This document shows, one piece after another, positions 19,560 through 28,395 of a stretch of 47,819 bases of DNA. A program made the translations under genes and the position numbers. Position 1 is the first letter of the stretch. Each line of letters begins with the position of its first letter. Source of the DNA: a virus (taxonomy: Duplodnaviria > Heunggongvirae > Uroviricota > Caudoviricetes). The notes below the pieces were generated by a model. The model ran no database searches, was not told where the DNA came from, and saw nothing but the letters and a program-made list of their open reading frames with translations. The stretch lies in IMG/VR virus record IMGVR_UViG_2534681833_000010; one strand, written 5' to 3'.

Positions 19560-20099
19560 CTACCACCAACTGCTAGCTTTCTTCTCTCTAGCTTTTCCTT
19601 CGCTTTGCAGTAAATCTTTACTTCCTGTAGAAATATTTCTATTTGCATCAGCCTCAGACTGAATTACATCTGTCTTAGCTGCTCTCTCCTTCAACTCCTG
19701 CTCTATAAAATCGTTTTCTCGCTGGACACGAGCCGCTTTTGCTTGCAGTTCGAGTTTCATGCTTTCGAGTTGCAGCTTGCGAAGCTCATCCTCATAAGCT
19801 TGATCTCGCTTCTTGTCATTTGCTAGCTCGGCTTCTCGTTTCGCTCTACGTTCATTTTCTGCAGCAACACGCTGTTTTTCGCGTGCAGCAGCGGCAGATG
19901 CTGCTTTTTCTCTTCTAATACGTTCAGCTTGTGCTTGTTGGCGAATAAGTTCTTTTCTGGCATCCTCAGCTTGCTGCTCTTTAGCTCGCCCTTCATTTTC
20001 CGCTTGAGCAATAGCAGCAATTTGACTTTGCAACGAGTTAGCCAAGGCAGTGCCTACACTAAACGTAGAAAAGATTAGAAATAAAATAATTTTATTCAT
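19560..20099 (-). CDS. secreted coiled-coil protein (TolA-like Ala/Glu/Lys/Arg-rich repeats)
   Basis: N-terminal signal peptide MNKIILFLIFSTFSVGTALA then highly charged helical repeats (EQQAEDARKELIRQQAQAERIRREKAASAAAAREKQRVAAENERRAKREAEL); AT-rich codon usage. Confidence 0.5.
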   Translation of the reverse strand: MNKIILFLIFSTFSVGTALANSLQSQIAAIAQAENEGRAKEQQAEDARKELIRQQAQAERIRREKAASAAAAREKQRVAAENERRAKREAELANDKKRDQAYEDELRKLQLESMKLELQAKAARVQRENDFIEQELKERAAKTDVIQSEADANRNISTGSKDLLQSEGKAREKKASSWW

Positions 20100-20102
20100 A
20101 AA

Positions 20103-20615
20103 TTATTTCTTTTCTGGACAAGTAGCATTTGGCTGAATTCGAGTTTCATTATCTTTAGTTGAAATAAGCACAGCAAGCCCCGTTGTAAACTGGCATGCTT
20201 TACCAACTTGAGTTGAAGTGAACACCTTAGTTCCTTCTTTATAAGTCAGTGAAACACCTTCAACAATTGTTTTATCACTAACCAAAGAACCAGCCGCTGC
20301 ACCAAGAGCCGCACCACCAGTACCGCCAGCTACAGCACCCAGTGTCGATGTGCCTTTAACATTATAACCGGCAACGCCCCCAGCAACAGCTCCCAGTACC
20401 GCACCAAATGTCTGTGCCGCTTCTTTATTAGCTTTATTATCAACTTTCACTTTAGCTGGAAGCACAGAGATAATATTGACTGTCTTTGTTTCCTGCTTCG
20501 AATTCAATTGAGCGGTATCATAAACATCGGCAGCATAATCAGCACCGCTAGATTGACACCCAGAAAGAAGAATTGCAGATACAACAAGAGCGCATAAAGT
20601 ATACTTTTTAGACAT
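20103..20615 (-). CDS. glycine-zipper lipoprotein
   Basis: Lipobox LLSGC after hydrophobic signal (MSKKYTLCALVVSAILLSGC); Gly/Ala zipper (GAVLGAVAGGVAGY..GAVAGGTGGAALGAAAG); 3 nt upstream of the coiled-coil gene. Confidence 0.5.
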   Translation of the reverse strand: MSKKYTLCALVVSAILLSGCQSSGADYAADVYDTAQLNSKQETKTVNIISVLPAKVKVDNKANKEAAQTFGAVLGAVAGGVAGYNVKGTSTLGAVAGGTGGAALGAAAGSLVSDKTIVEGVSLTYKEGTKVFTSTQVGKACQFTTGLAVLISTKDNETRIQPNATCPEKK

Positions 20616-20905
20616 AAGAATCATCCCAGAAAAACAAAAACCGGCGAGAAGTTACCACAAGAACGGAAAGTAAACAAGAATACTCCCATTGACTTATATC
20701 AATTAATCAACTTTTTATAAGCTATCCCTAACTTATTGTGTATAGCTGAAAAGTCAGAGACAAGTTCACCATCTGCATTATTTCTTAAGTTAATAGTTTA
20801 TTGCTAACTTAATTTATGTATCGACTATTGATATCCATCTTAAAGTTACAATATCCATCTGCATTATTTTTCATCACAAATAATATATCTATTGCACGAC
20901 ACTAA

Positions 20906-20922
20906 TCTGCTCTAATAAATTT
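20906..20922 (+). promoter_or_regulatory. C1 repressor operator (Op51-like)
   Basis: TCTGCTCTAATAAATTT matches P1 C1 operator consensus ATTGCTCTAATAAATTT at 15/17. Confidence 0.65.
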
Positions 20923-20960
20923 GTATTTTTAAGTCGCGAATGCTATCTTTTTGCATCATA

Positions 20961-20989
20961 TTGACCTTTTAATCGTTCAGGCTTATAGT
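20961..20989 (+). promoter_or_regulatory. sigma70-type promoter (P51b-like) for immunity operon
   Basis: TTGACC, 17-bp spacer, TATAGT. Confidence 0.5.
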
Positions 20990-21091
20990 TTCGCCGTCGT
21001 AGCAAATTCTGCGACCGGGTTTAGCAGCCTGAATACTTACGCGGACAACCGCAGATTTCCGATATTGCGGTATTTTTGTGTCCGTAAACCA

Positions 21092-21175
21092 CGTTACGCC
21101 CGAATTATGGTGGGGCGTGATGGGGAGGCTTCGGCCTGCTGGTTTCGTAAGTGCCAGTCTGCTAACCCCGTCACG
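21092..21175 (+). ncRNA. c4: c4-like antisense repressor RNA (coordinates approximate)
   Basis: Noncoding stretch between promoter and icd; segment GTCTGCTAACCCCGTC complementary to repeated target motifs GGGTTTAGCAGCC (21017-21029) and GTTTAGCAGCGGG (21186-21198) flanking it, as in P1 c4 control. Confidence 0.4.
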
Positions 21176-21234
21176 TCCTGCCACCTGTTTAGCAGCGGGT
21201 CGCAGGTTGTTTATCAACTTACGAGGCCGTAACT

Positions 21235-21456
21235 ATGGTTAATGCCAATCCTTGCGCACGCCAAGAATTCATCTGGCGTTTCTATTCCTGCAAAAAACAC
21301 CACTATCACTTCGTCATCGCAGCAACAGAAGACGAAGCACGCTCTCAATTGCCTGATGGCCCCTGCATTTTTACTGCCCGTTTTTCAACTAACTCGCGCA
21401 ATTCACTTAGTTACTGGAACCTCCCCTTCTCTGCCGACGTTCAGGGGGTTTTATGA
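21235..21456 (+). CDS. icd: Icd-like small protein (cell-division interference) translationally coupled to ant
   Basis: 73-aa ORF whose stop overlaps the ant start (ATGA); target repeat immediately upstream. Confidence 0.45.
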   Translation: MVNANPCARQEFIWRFYSCKKHHYHFVIAATEDEARSQLPDGPCIFTARFSTNSRNSLSYWNLPFSADVQGVL

Positions 21457-22496
21457 AAAAACCTCTCGTCACCCGTAATGACATAGCCGAAGCGATCGCC
21501 CTGCATACTGCCTGTATGCCGACACGGGAGATCCCCGGCGCAATTGCCAACTATTTCATGATAACCAGACGTTTTTATACCCGAACAGATAAGGCTGTGA
21601 TCAACAGGCTACTGATAGCCGAGATCAGGGATTATTTGATTGAACAAGGACGTCTACGTTACGCAACGGTGGCAGCAGAAATGAGAAAGGAGGCACATAG
21701 AATGACCAGTAATAATTTGAATGTTAAAAAACCAGCATCTGTTGCTTCAGCTACGCCATCACCAGCTGTGAATGTTATCTCCAACACTGGAGACACAATC
21801 GACAGCCAGACGCTGTTAAAGATGGTCAATGAAGCGCGTAAGTTATGTGGGGAACCAGAGGTTCGGAACAACAAATTCATCAAAAAAATACTCGACGAAT
21901 TAGAAGGTGAGGACGGTTACACAAAAAGTGCAACCGTGCCGCCAGGTGGCGGTACGCCTATGGTTGTCATAACCATGACCTACAAACAAGCCCTGCGAGT
22001 CGCCGCGCGCGAGTCAAAAGCAGTCCGCCGTTCGCTGATCGACAAACTGGAAGAATTGCAGCAGGCAAACTCCCCTGCCCCATCGATCCCCCAAACATTA
22101 CCAGACGCTCTACGCCTGGCTGCCGAGTTGGCAGAACAGAAAATGCAGTTGGAACAACAGCTGGTGGCCGCAGCCCCTAAAGTCGATTTTGCCGACCGGG
22201 TATCAGCGGCTAATGGAATCCTGATCGGGAACTTTGCAAAGGTCGTTGGACTTAAGCAAAACGCCCTTTTCTCATGGTTGCGCCAGAACGGCATTCTCAT
22301 GGCTTTTGGTGCGCGCAAAAACGTACCGCGCCAACAGTACATCAACGCCGGGTATTTCACGGTGAAAGAAGTGGTGCTGGATGATGAAAATGGCTACCAG
22401 ATACGGCTGACGCCCCAATTAACGGGTAAAGGCCAGCAGTGGTTAACTCGCAAGCTACTTGATGCTGGTTTGTTAAAACCAGTAGCAATAGGTTAA
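21453..22496 (+). CDS. ant: antirepressor Ant (Ant1; in-frame internal start for Ant2 at 21702)
   Basis: 347-aa ORF; C-terminal ANT/KilAC-type domain shared with KilA (about 60 percent identity over 135 aa); internal ATG at 21702 preceded by AAGGAGG. Confidence 0.65.
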   Translation: MKKPLVTRNDIAEAIALHTACMPTREIPGAIANYFMITRRFYTRTDKAVINRLLIAEIRDYLIEQGRLRYATVAAEMRKEAHRMTSNNLNVKKPASVASATPSPAVNVISNTGDTIDSQTLLKMVNEARKLCGEPEVRNNKFIKKILDELEGEDGYTKSATVPPGGGTPMVVITMTYKQALRVAARESKAVRRSLIDKLEELQQANSPAPSIPQTLPDALRLAAELAEQKMQLEQQLVAAAPKVDFADRVSAANGILIGNFAKVVGLKQNALFSWLRQNGILMAFGARKNVPRQQYINAGYFTVKEVVLDDENGYQIRLTPQLTGKGQQWLTRKLLDAGLLKPVAIG

Positions 22497-22502
22497 CAAA
22501 AG

Positions 22503-22533
22503 AAAAAACCTGCCAGCAAACTGGCAGGTTTCT
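22503..22533 (+). terminator. rho-independent terminator after ant
   Basis: CCTGCCAG-CAAA-CTGGCAGG hairpin followed by TTTCT. Confidence 0.55.
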
Positions 22534-22573
22534 GAGCAGATCGTCCAACCCGATCTGGATCGAGTCAGAAAAA

Positions 22574-22590
22574 TTTGCTCTAATAAATTT
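22574..22590 (+). promoter_or_regulatory. C1 repressor operator (Op53-like) upstream of kilA-repL
   Basis: TTTGCTCTAATAAATTT, 16/17 to consensus. Confidence 0.7.
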
Positions 22591-22659
22591 CGTTTTCTAA
22601 GTGCAAAGAATCACCATTTCGAGCTGGTGATTGAAGGTTGATGCAAATTTGGAGAAAAA

Positions 22660-23460
22660 ATGCAACAAACATTCAATGCGGATATGAATATATCAAACCT
22701 TCATCAAAATGTCGATCCTTCAACCACTCTGCCCGTTATTTGTGGTGTTGAAATTACGACCGACCGCGCTGGCCGTTACAACCTTAATGCTCTACACAGA
22801 GCGAGCGGACTCGGTGCCCATAAAGCGCCAGCTCAATGGCTAAGAACGCTGTCAGCTAAACAGCTCATCGAAGAGCTTGAAAAAGAAACTATGCAGAATT
22901 GCATAGTTTCGTTCGAAGGCCGTGGCGGCGGCACTTTTGCCCATGAATTGCTCGCTGTGGAGTACGCAGGCTGGATTTCTCCCGCGTTTCGGCTGAAGGT
23001 AAACCAGACATTTATCGACTATCGAGCTGGAAGATTACAACCTGCTATTCCGCAGAGTCTCCCTGAAGCTCTCCGTTTGGCTGCCGACCTGGCAGAGCAA
23101 AAGCAACGGCTGGAGCAAAAAATGCTTATGGATGCACCTAAAGTCGAATTCGCCGAACGCGTTGCTACCGCCAGCGGGGTTCTAATCGGCAACTATGCCA
23201 AAGTGCTCGGCCTGGGCCAAAACTATCTCTTCACCTGGTTGCGTGATAACGGAATTCTGATCGCAACCGGTGAACGCAGGAACGTCCCCAAACAAGAATA
23301 CATATCCCGTGGGTATTTCACCCTTAAAGAAACCGTGATCGATACAAGCAATGGAAGCAGGATTTCTTTCACGACTCGTATAACCGGCAAAGGTCAGCAG
23401 TGGCTTATGAAGCGATTGCTTGATGCTGGTGTGCTGGTGCCTGTCGCGGCGACGCGCTAA
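22660..23460 (+). CDS. kilA: KilA (KilA-N domain with ANT-type C-terminal domain)
   Basis: 266-aa ORF; N-terminal KilA-N-like region; C-terminus paralogous to Ant. Confidence 0.6.
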   Translation: MQQTFNADMNISNLHQNVDPSTTLPVICGVEITTDRAGRYNLNALHRASGLGAHKAPAQWLRTLSAKQLIEELEKETMQNCIVSFEGRGGGTFAHELLAVEYAGWISPAFRLKVNQTFIDYRAGRLQPAIPQSLPEALRLAADLAEQKQRLEQKMLMDAPKVEFAERVATASGVLIGNYAKVLGLGQNYLFTWLRDNGILIATGERRNVPKQEYISRGYFTLKETVIDTSNGSRISFTTRITGKGQQWLMKRLLDAGVLVPVAATR

Positions 23461-23489
23461 CAGACGTAGTAAGAACCACCAGCATTGTA

Positions 23490-24068
23490 ATGCTGGCTAA
23501 AGTCACTTTCCTGAGCTGTATAACGATGAGCGATTTTACTTTTTCTGGCTATGAATTGGCCTGCTTTGTAACACACTCCGGTCTATCCCGTAGCGCCGGG
23601 CATATCTTGTCGCAATGTGCAAATCTCGCGGCAACAACCAGTGAATACTTCATTCACAAGCCTCACCGCCTGATCGCGGCAGAAACTGGTTATAGCCAAT
23701 CAACCGTCGTTCGTGCATTCCGTGAAGCTGTAAACAAAGGAATCCTGTCTGTAGAGATTGTTATCGGCGATCACCGTGAACGTCGCGCTAACCTGTACCG
23801 GTTTACACCATCCTTTTTGGCCTTCGCACAACAAGCCAAAAATGCGCTGATTGAAAGCAAATTAAAGATCTCTTCAGCGGCAACCAAGGTTAAAGCTGTT
23901 CTCGCTAAGACATTGGCTTTATTTAATTTTTTATCCACACCCCCATGTCAAAATGATACCCCCTCCCCCTGTCAGGATGACGTGGCAATAAAGAATAAGA
24001 AGTCACAAGTTAAAAAACAAAAAGATCAGTTTCCGGCGGTGCCGGAACGACCAGACTCAAAAAATTGA
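23490..24068 (+). pseudogene. repL: RepL-like lytic replicon protein, N-terminal part ending at an apparent frameshift
   Basis: ORF downstream of kilA; ends in a Lys-rich tail at an A5 run; reading continues in the +1 frame with no start codon or RBS. Confidence 0.45.
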
Positions 24069-24334
24069 CTTCATGGATCGCTGAGGCAAAAGCAAAGGCT
24101 GACAATCTGCGGTTATCCAAAAAACGCGCTCAAAAACATGAGTTCAAGCAGAAAGTAGAGGCGGCAGCGCGGAAATATGCTTACCTGAAGGACAAGCGTT
24201 CTCCTGATATTGGCGGGATATCAAACTTCGATAATCTGCCGCATTGCATGACGGTAAACGAAGCTCTTAATGCGGTTTTAGCCAAAAATAAAGATAACGA
24301 ACAATGGGGTATACCGGCAGGATTCAGAGGGTGA
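24066..24334 (+). pseudogene. repL: RepL-like C-terminal continuation in shifted frame
   Basis: 89 codons opening with TTG inside the overlap TTGA; combined length 281 aa matches recalled RepL size. Confidence 0.35.
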
Positions 24335-24387
24335 TAGATTGCTCTAATCTGGAGTCACCTGGCGTTTTCGGTTTGAGGTCGGAGATG

Positions 24388-24630
24388 CAATCTGATTTTT
24401 TACAGTTAGCGATCGCTTTTGCAGGATATGTTTGTATTGGCTTCTGTGTATACATGATCAGCCGAAAAATGCTTGTCGATATCGACCGCAAAGAACAAGC
24501 AGAGGAGATCTTAGTATGGATTTTCTTTGGCGCGGTCTGGCCATTAGGGATCATGTTTGCTGCAACATTTCTTCTGATGTGGATATTCACCCTTCCAGGT
24601 GATTTCTATAGAAAAAAAGCCAGACATTGA
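24388..24630 (+). CDS. hypothetical small inner-membrane protein
   Basis: About 80 aa from MQSDF..; two hydrophobic helices (LAIAFAGYVCIGFCVYMI, WIFFGAVWPLGIMFAATFLLMWIF). Confidence 0.3.
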   Translation, partial: QSDFLQLAIAFAGYVCIGFCVYMISRKMLVDIDRKEQAEEILVWIFFGAVWPLGIMFAATFLLMWIFTLPGDFYRKKARH

Positions 24631-24699
24631 TACAATCGTTGCGGGTGCTTGAGGCTATCTGCTTCAGGCATTACCCGAAAAGCAGATAGAAGAAAGCCC

Positions 24700-24795
24700 C
24701 AGATAACATTACGCGTCCTGCAAGACGCTTAACATTAATCTGAGGCCATATCTATGCTTAGCATACGTAGATTAGCCTCTTACCGACCAAAAGGT
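24700..24795 (-). ncRNA. sok: sok-like antisense RNA region of hok/sok locus (coordinates approximate)
   Basis: Inferred from hok/mok arrangement: short mok-like reading frame starts at 24754 overlapping the hok start; sok is expected antisense to the mok initiation region. Confidence 0.25.
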
Positions 24796-24811
24796 CAAGG
24801 AGAAGCAGGCT

Positions 24812-24967
24812 ATGAAGCAGCATAAAGCGATATTAATCGCTCTGATCGTCATCTGTTTAACCGTCATTGTGACGGCACTGGTAACGAGGAAAGACCTCTG
24901 CGAGGTACGAATCCGAACCGGCCAGACGGAGGTCACTGTCTTCACAGCCTACGAATCTGAAAGGTAA
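24812..24967 (+). CDS. hok: Hok/Gef-family type I toxin
   Basis: 51-aa ORF MKQHKAILIALIVICLTVIVTALVTRKDLCEVRIRTGQTEVTVFTAYESER; leader ..TAGCCTCTTACCG..CAAGGAGAAG.. resembles hok mRNA; not in ORF track (below 60 aa). Confidence 0.75.
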   Translation: MKQHKAILIALIVICLTVIVTALVTRKDLCEVRIRTGQTEVTVFTAYESER

Positions 24968-24989
24968 GAGACCTGGCGGGGAGAGATCC

Positions 24990-26328
24990 CATAAGCGCTA
25001 ACTTAAGGGTTGTGGTATTACGCCTGATATGATTTAACGTGCCGATGAATTACTCTCACGATAACTGGTCAGCAATTCTGGCCCATATTGGTAAGCCCGA
25101 AGAACTGGATACTTCGGCACGTAATGCCGGGGCTCTAACCCGCCGCCGCGAAATTCGTGATGCTGCAACTCTGCTACGTCTGGGGCTGGCTTACGGCCCC
25201 GGGGGGATGTCATTACGTGAAGTCACTGCATGGGCTCAGCTCCATGACGTTGCAACATTATCTGACGTGGCTCTCCTGAAGCGGCTGCGGAATGCCGCCG
25301 ACTGGTTTGGCATACTTGCCGCACAAACACTTGCTGTACGCGCCGCAGTTACGGGTTGTACAAGCGGAAAGAGATTGCGTCTTGTCGATGGAACAGCAAT
25401 CAGTGCGCCCGGGGGCGGCAGCGCTGAATGGCGACTACATATGGGATATGATCCTCATACCTGTCAGTTCACTGATTTTGAGCTAACCGACAGCAGAGAC
25501 GCTGAACGGCTGGACCGATTTGCGCAAACGGCAGACGAGATACGCATTGCTGACCGGGGATTCGGTTCGCGTCCCGAATGTATCCGCTCACTTGCTTTTG
25601 GAGAAGCTGATTATATCGTCCGGGTTCACTGGCGAGGATTGCGCTGGTTAACTGCAGAAGGAATGCGCTTTGACATGATGGGTTTTCTGCGCGGGCTGGA
25701 TTGCGGTAAGAACGGTGAAACCACTGTAATGATAGGCAATTCAGGTAATAAAAAAGCCGGAGCTCCCTTTCCGGCACGTCTCATTGCCGTATCACTTCCT
25801 CCCGAAAAAGCATTAATCAGTAAAACCCGACTGCTCAGCGAGAATCGTCGAAAAGGACGAGTAGTTCAGGCGGAAACGCTGGAAGCAGCGGGCCATGTGC
25901 TATTGCTAACATCATTACCGGAAGATGAATATTCAGCAGAGCAAGTGGCTGATTGTTACCGTCTGCGATGGCAAATTGAACTGGCTTTTAAGCGGCTCAA
26001 AAGTTTGCTGCACCTGGATGCTTTGCGTGCAAAGGAACCTGAACTCGCGAAAGCGTGGATATTTGCTAATCTACTCGCCGCATTTTTAATTGACGACATA
26101 ATCCAGCCATCGCTGGATTTCCCCCCCAGAAGTGCCGGATCCGAAAAGAAGAACTAACTCGTTGTGGAGAATAACAAAAATGGTCATCTGGAGCTTACAG
26201 GTGGCCATTCGTGGGACAGTATCCCTGACAGCCTACAAAACGCAATTGAAGAACGCGAGGCATCGTCTTAACGAGGCACCGAGGCGTCGCATTCTTCAGA
26301 TGGTTCAACCCTTAAGTTAGCGCTTATG
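24990..26328 (+). mobile_element. IS186 (IS4 family), complete, with 10-bp target duplication GGAGAGATCC
   Basis: Terminal inverted repeats CATAAGCGCTAACTTAAGGGTTG at both ends; direct repeats at 24980-24989 and 26329-26338; target is a GC-rich palindrome. Confidence 0.85.
25045..26157 (+). CDS. insL: IS186 transposase
   Basis: MNYSHDNWSAILAHIGKPEELDTSARNAGALTRRREIRD... recognised as IS186 transposase. Confidence 0.85.
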   Translation: MNYSHDNWSAILAHIGKPEELDTSARNAGALTRRREIRDAATLLRLGLAYGPGGMSLREVTAWAQLHDVATLSDVALLKRLRNAADWFGILAAQTLAVRAAVTGCTSGKRLRLVDGTAISAPGGGSAEWRLHMGYDPHTCQFTDFELTDSRDAERLDRFAQTADEIRIADRGFGSRPECIRSLAFGEADYIVRVHWRGLRWLTAEGMRFDMMGFLRGLDCGKNGETTVMIGNSGNKKAGAPFPARLIAVSLPPEKALISKTRLLSENRRKGRVVQAETLEAAGHVLLLTSLPEDEYSAEQVADCYRLRWQIELAFKRLKSLLHLDALRAKEPELAKAWIFANLLAAFLIDDIIQPSLDFPPRSAGSEKKN

Positions 26329-26390
26329 GGAGAGATCCCCGCCACTCTTCGTGTGTCAGGTATCCTCAATGCACCCTTTCCTCTCCAAAT

Positions 26391-26417
26391 AAAAAAGCTC
26401 CCGAAGGAGCTTTAAAA
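26391..26417 (-). terminator. bidirectional rho-independent terminator
   Basis: AAAAAAGCTCC-CGAA-GGAGCTTT; U-run on the minus-strand reading terminates the convergent virion operon. Confidence 0.5.
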
Positions 26418-26432
26418 TACAAGGGATGACTC

Positions 26433-26942
26433 TTAATCCCAATCAATCCAGTTGTAGACGATACGAAGTGACGGGCGCACAGCAGCAGTCACATCTTCGG
26501 TACTAAAGTCGATTGCATCACTGTAGATTTTGCAGTCCAACATTTCAATTGTTGTAGCAGCTTTTGTCACAGCGTTAACCCCGGAAGATTTGGATTCAGG
26601 GGTAGCAGCCATCGTGATATCAACATAGTCCTTCGCCGCAATGCGATCTTTAATGAACTGAAGAATATCGCCTTCGATAGTCTCCACGCACTGGACCTGG
26701 ATTTCCCCGGAGTTACGGATTGGACCGTGCTGGTTGAACTTCACACCATTCGGACCATAGTCCTCCACATCCTCGCGGGTCATTTCAGGAATTTGCGACG
26801 TGCGAACCAGTACGCTGATATCTTCATGGCCTGCAAAAGTGAGCTGGAATTCAGAAGATACCAGTCGTTCGCCTTTGGCCGCGTTGGCAGTATAGCGGCC
26901 CTTAATAAATTTACGGTTTCCCTTAGTGTTATTGTGCCCCAT
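26433..26942 (-). CDS. hypothetical virion (tail/baseplate) protein
   Basis: 169-aa ORF, last gene of the minus-strand structural operon. Confidence 0.3.
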   Translation of the reverse strand: MGHNNTKGNRKFIKGRYTANAAKGERLVSSEFQLTFAGHEDISVLVRTSQIPEMTREDVEDYGPNGVKFNQHGPIRNSGEIQVQCVETIEGDILQFIKDRIAAKDYVDITMAATPESKSSGVNAVTKAATTIEMLDCKIYSDAIDFSTEDVTAAVRPSLRIVYNWIDWD

Positions 26943-26953
26943 ATAAAATCCTT

Positions 26954-27535
26954 TTACTGGAACGCCCGAACAATATCGGAGCTATTATATATCGAAGAAC
27001 CGGTCAACTGGAGGTTGACGGTGTTTTTCAGGAAATGCCCATTGCTGTCCCTGGGCGCATCGAGATCGAAACTTATGTCCTGGATAGCGACATCAATGAT
27101 GTTGATCCGGCGACCAATGTTTAGCGTCACACGCTCCGGGATTCGACCACCAATGCTGGCATCTTTAAGTTCCGGGCTAATCATCGCTGACAATGCGGCG
27201 ATAGCTCCTGAAACCTCCGTGAATGGGTCAAACAAAGCGATGAAAGTTACTGGCAGCGTGAAAGTCGGCGGTGTTCCCCCCTCCCAAACCATTAAGCTGT
27301 TCCAACGGGCCACCGACGTTGTTTCAGTACCAACCTGCGCAAAACCACTGAAAGCACCAGCAACAGACCCCATGGACATACCGGTAAACGGCGCTTCCCA
27401 ATTCTGGGCCATGTTCATTGCTGCCCCCTGGCTGATATATCCGGTAACCTGGTACTGAGAGTTCGTTAAAGTAACTTTCAGAAATGGCGATACACCGTCA
27501 GCCTGGCTGTAAACCCCATAAGGTATAGGTGCCAT
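26954..27535 (-). CDS. hypothetical virion protein
   Basis: 193-aa ORF in structural operon. Confidence 0.3.
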   Translation of the reverse strand: MAPIPYGVYSQADGVSPFLKVTLTNSQYQVTGYISQGAAMNMAQNWEAPFTGMSMGSVAGAFSGFAQVGTETTSVARWNSLMVWEGGTPPTFTLPVTFIALFDPFTEVSGAIAALSAMISPELKDASIGGRIPERVTLNIGRRINIIDVAIQDISFDLDAPRDSNGHFLKNTVNLQLTGSSIYNSSDIVRAFQ

Positions 27536-27570
27536 TCAAGTTAAAGGCCGGAGTTCTCCGGCCTCCTCCT

Positions 27571-28386
27571 TTAGCCAAGGCGCTTACGGCGCAGTTTCAT
27601 TGACTTTTTGCGGGCAAGTTTTGCCGCGCCGGTCTGGGCTTTTCGACGCGCTTTTTTCAGCGCCGATTTTTGAGCCGCAGTCAGACGTTTTTTACGCAGG
27701 CGTTTACGGATGAGTTTGATCTCACCGTTACGAACAACCTTCTTAAATGCTTCAGTCAGCATTTCATCAGAAGTGCCAGCAACAACAAACGCCGCTTCCA
27801 GTTCGTCGCGGTCGTCGCTATCTAAACCAGCGATAGAGGCACCAACATCAGCAGCAGCGTCGTCGTCTTCATCGTCAGCCAGTGCTTCGATCAGGTCATC
27901 ATCTACACCGCATGCTGCGAGGAAGTCAGCAACATTTGCCCATGCTTCGTTATAGGCATCGTCCTGTTCTTCTGTAACTTCGGAGTCGTCGTCATCAGAG
28001 ATACCAGCGATAGCCTGAACGAAACCATCAAGGGAGTCGAAAGTCAGATCACCGCTATCAGCCCAGGAGAAAACGGCGTCGGCCGCATCACTCAACGCAT
28101 TCTGCATAGCACTTCGATTTGCAGCTTCCAGAATCATCTGGTGCGCCTGTTCGACGGTCCATTCTTTACCATCTTTCCCTTCCAGGATTTGCTCAGGAGC
28201 CGGATCAGATGGAACATTATCGTTAGTCTGTGCCGCCGGTTCCGGATTATTATTAATAACCGGATCTGTTGGCGGTTCGGCGCTTGCTCGGGCAGACTCC
28301 ATCAGCTGCACAGGATCAGAGTTCAAAGCGAAACGGGACAGTCCATTCCCCAAAAATGCCCCGGATTGAAAAAAGTTTTTGCTCAT
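27571..28386 (-). CDS. hypothetical protein with poly-acidic core and Lys/Arg-rich C-terminal tail
   Basis: 271 aa; DDDSEVTEEQDD..ADDEDDDAAAD then KLIRKRLRKKRLTAAQKSALKKARRKAQTGAAKLARKKSMKLRRKRLG. Confidence 0.3.
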   Translation of the reverse strand: MSKNFFQSGAFLGNGLSRFALNSDPVQLMESARASAEPPTDPVINNNPEPAAQTNDNVPSDPAPEQILEGKDGKEWTVEQAHQMILEAANRSAMQNALSDAADAVFSWADSGDLTFDSLDGFVQAIAGISDDDDSEVTEEQDDAYNEAWANVADFLAACGVDDDLIEALADDEDDDAAADVGASIAGLDSDDRDELEAAFVVAGTSDEMLTEAFKKVVRNGEIKLIRKRLRKKRLTAAQKSALKKARRKAQTGAAKLARKKSMKLRRKRLG

Positions 28387-28395
28387 TGTATTCCC

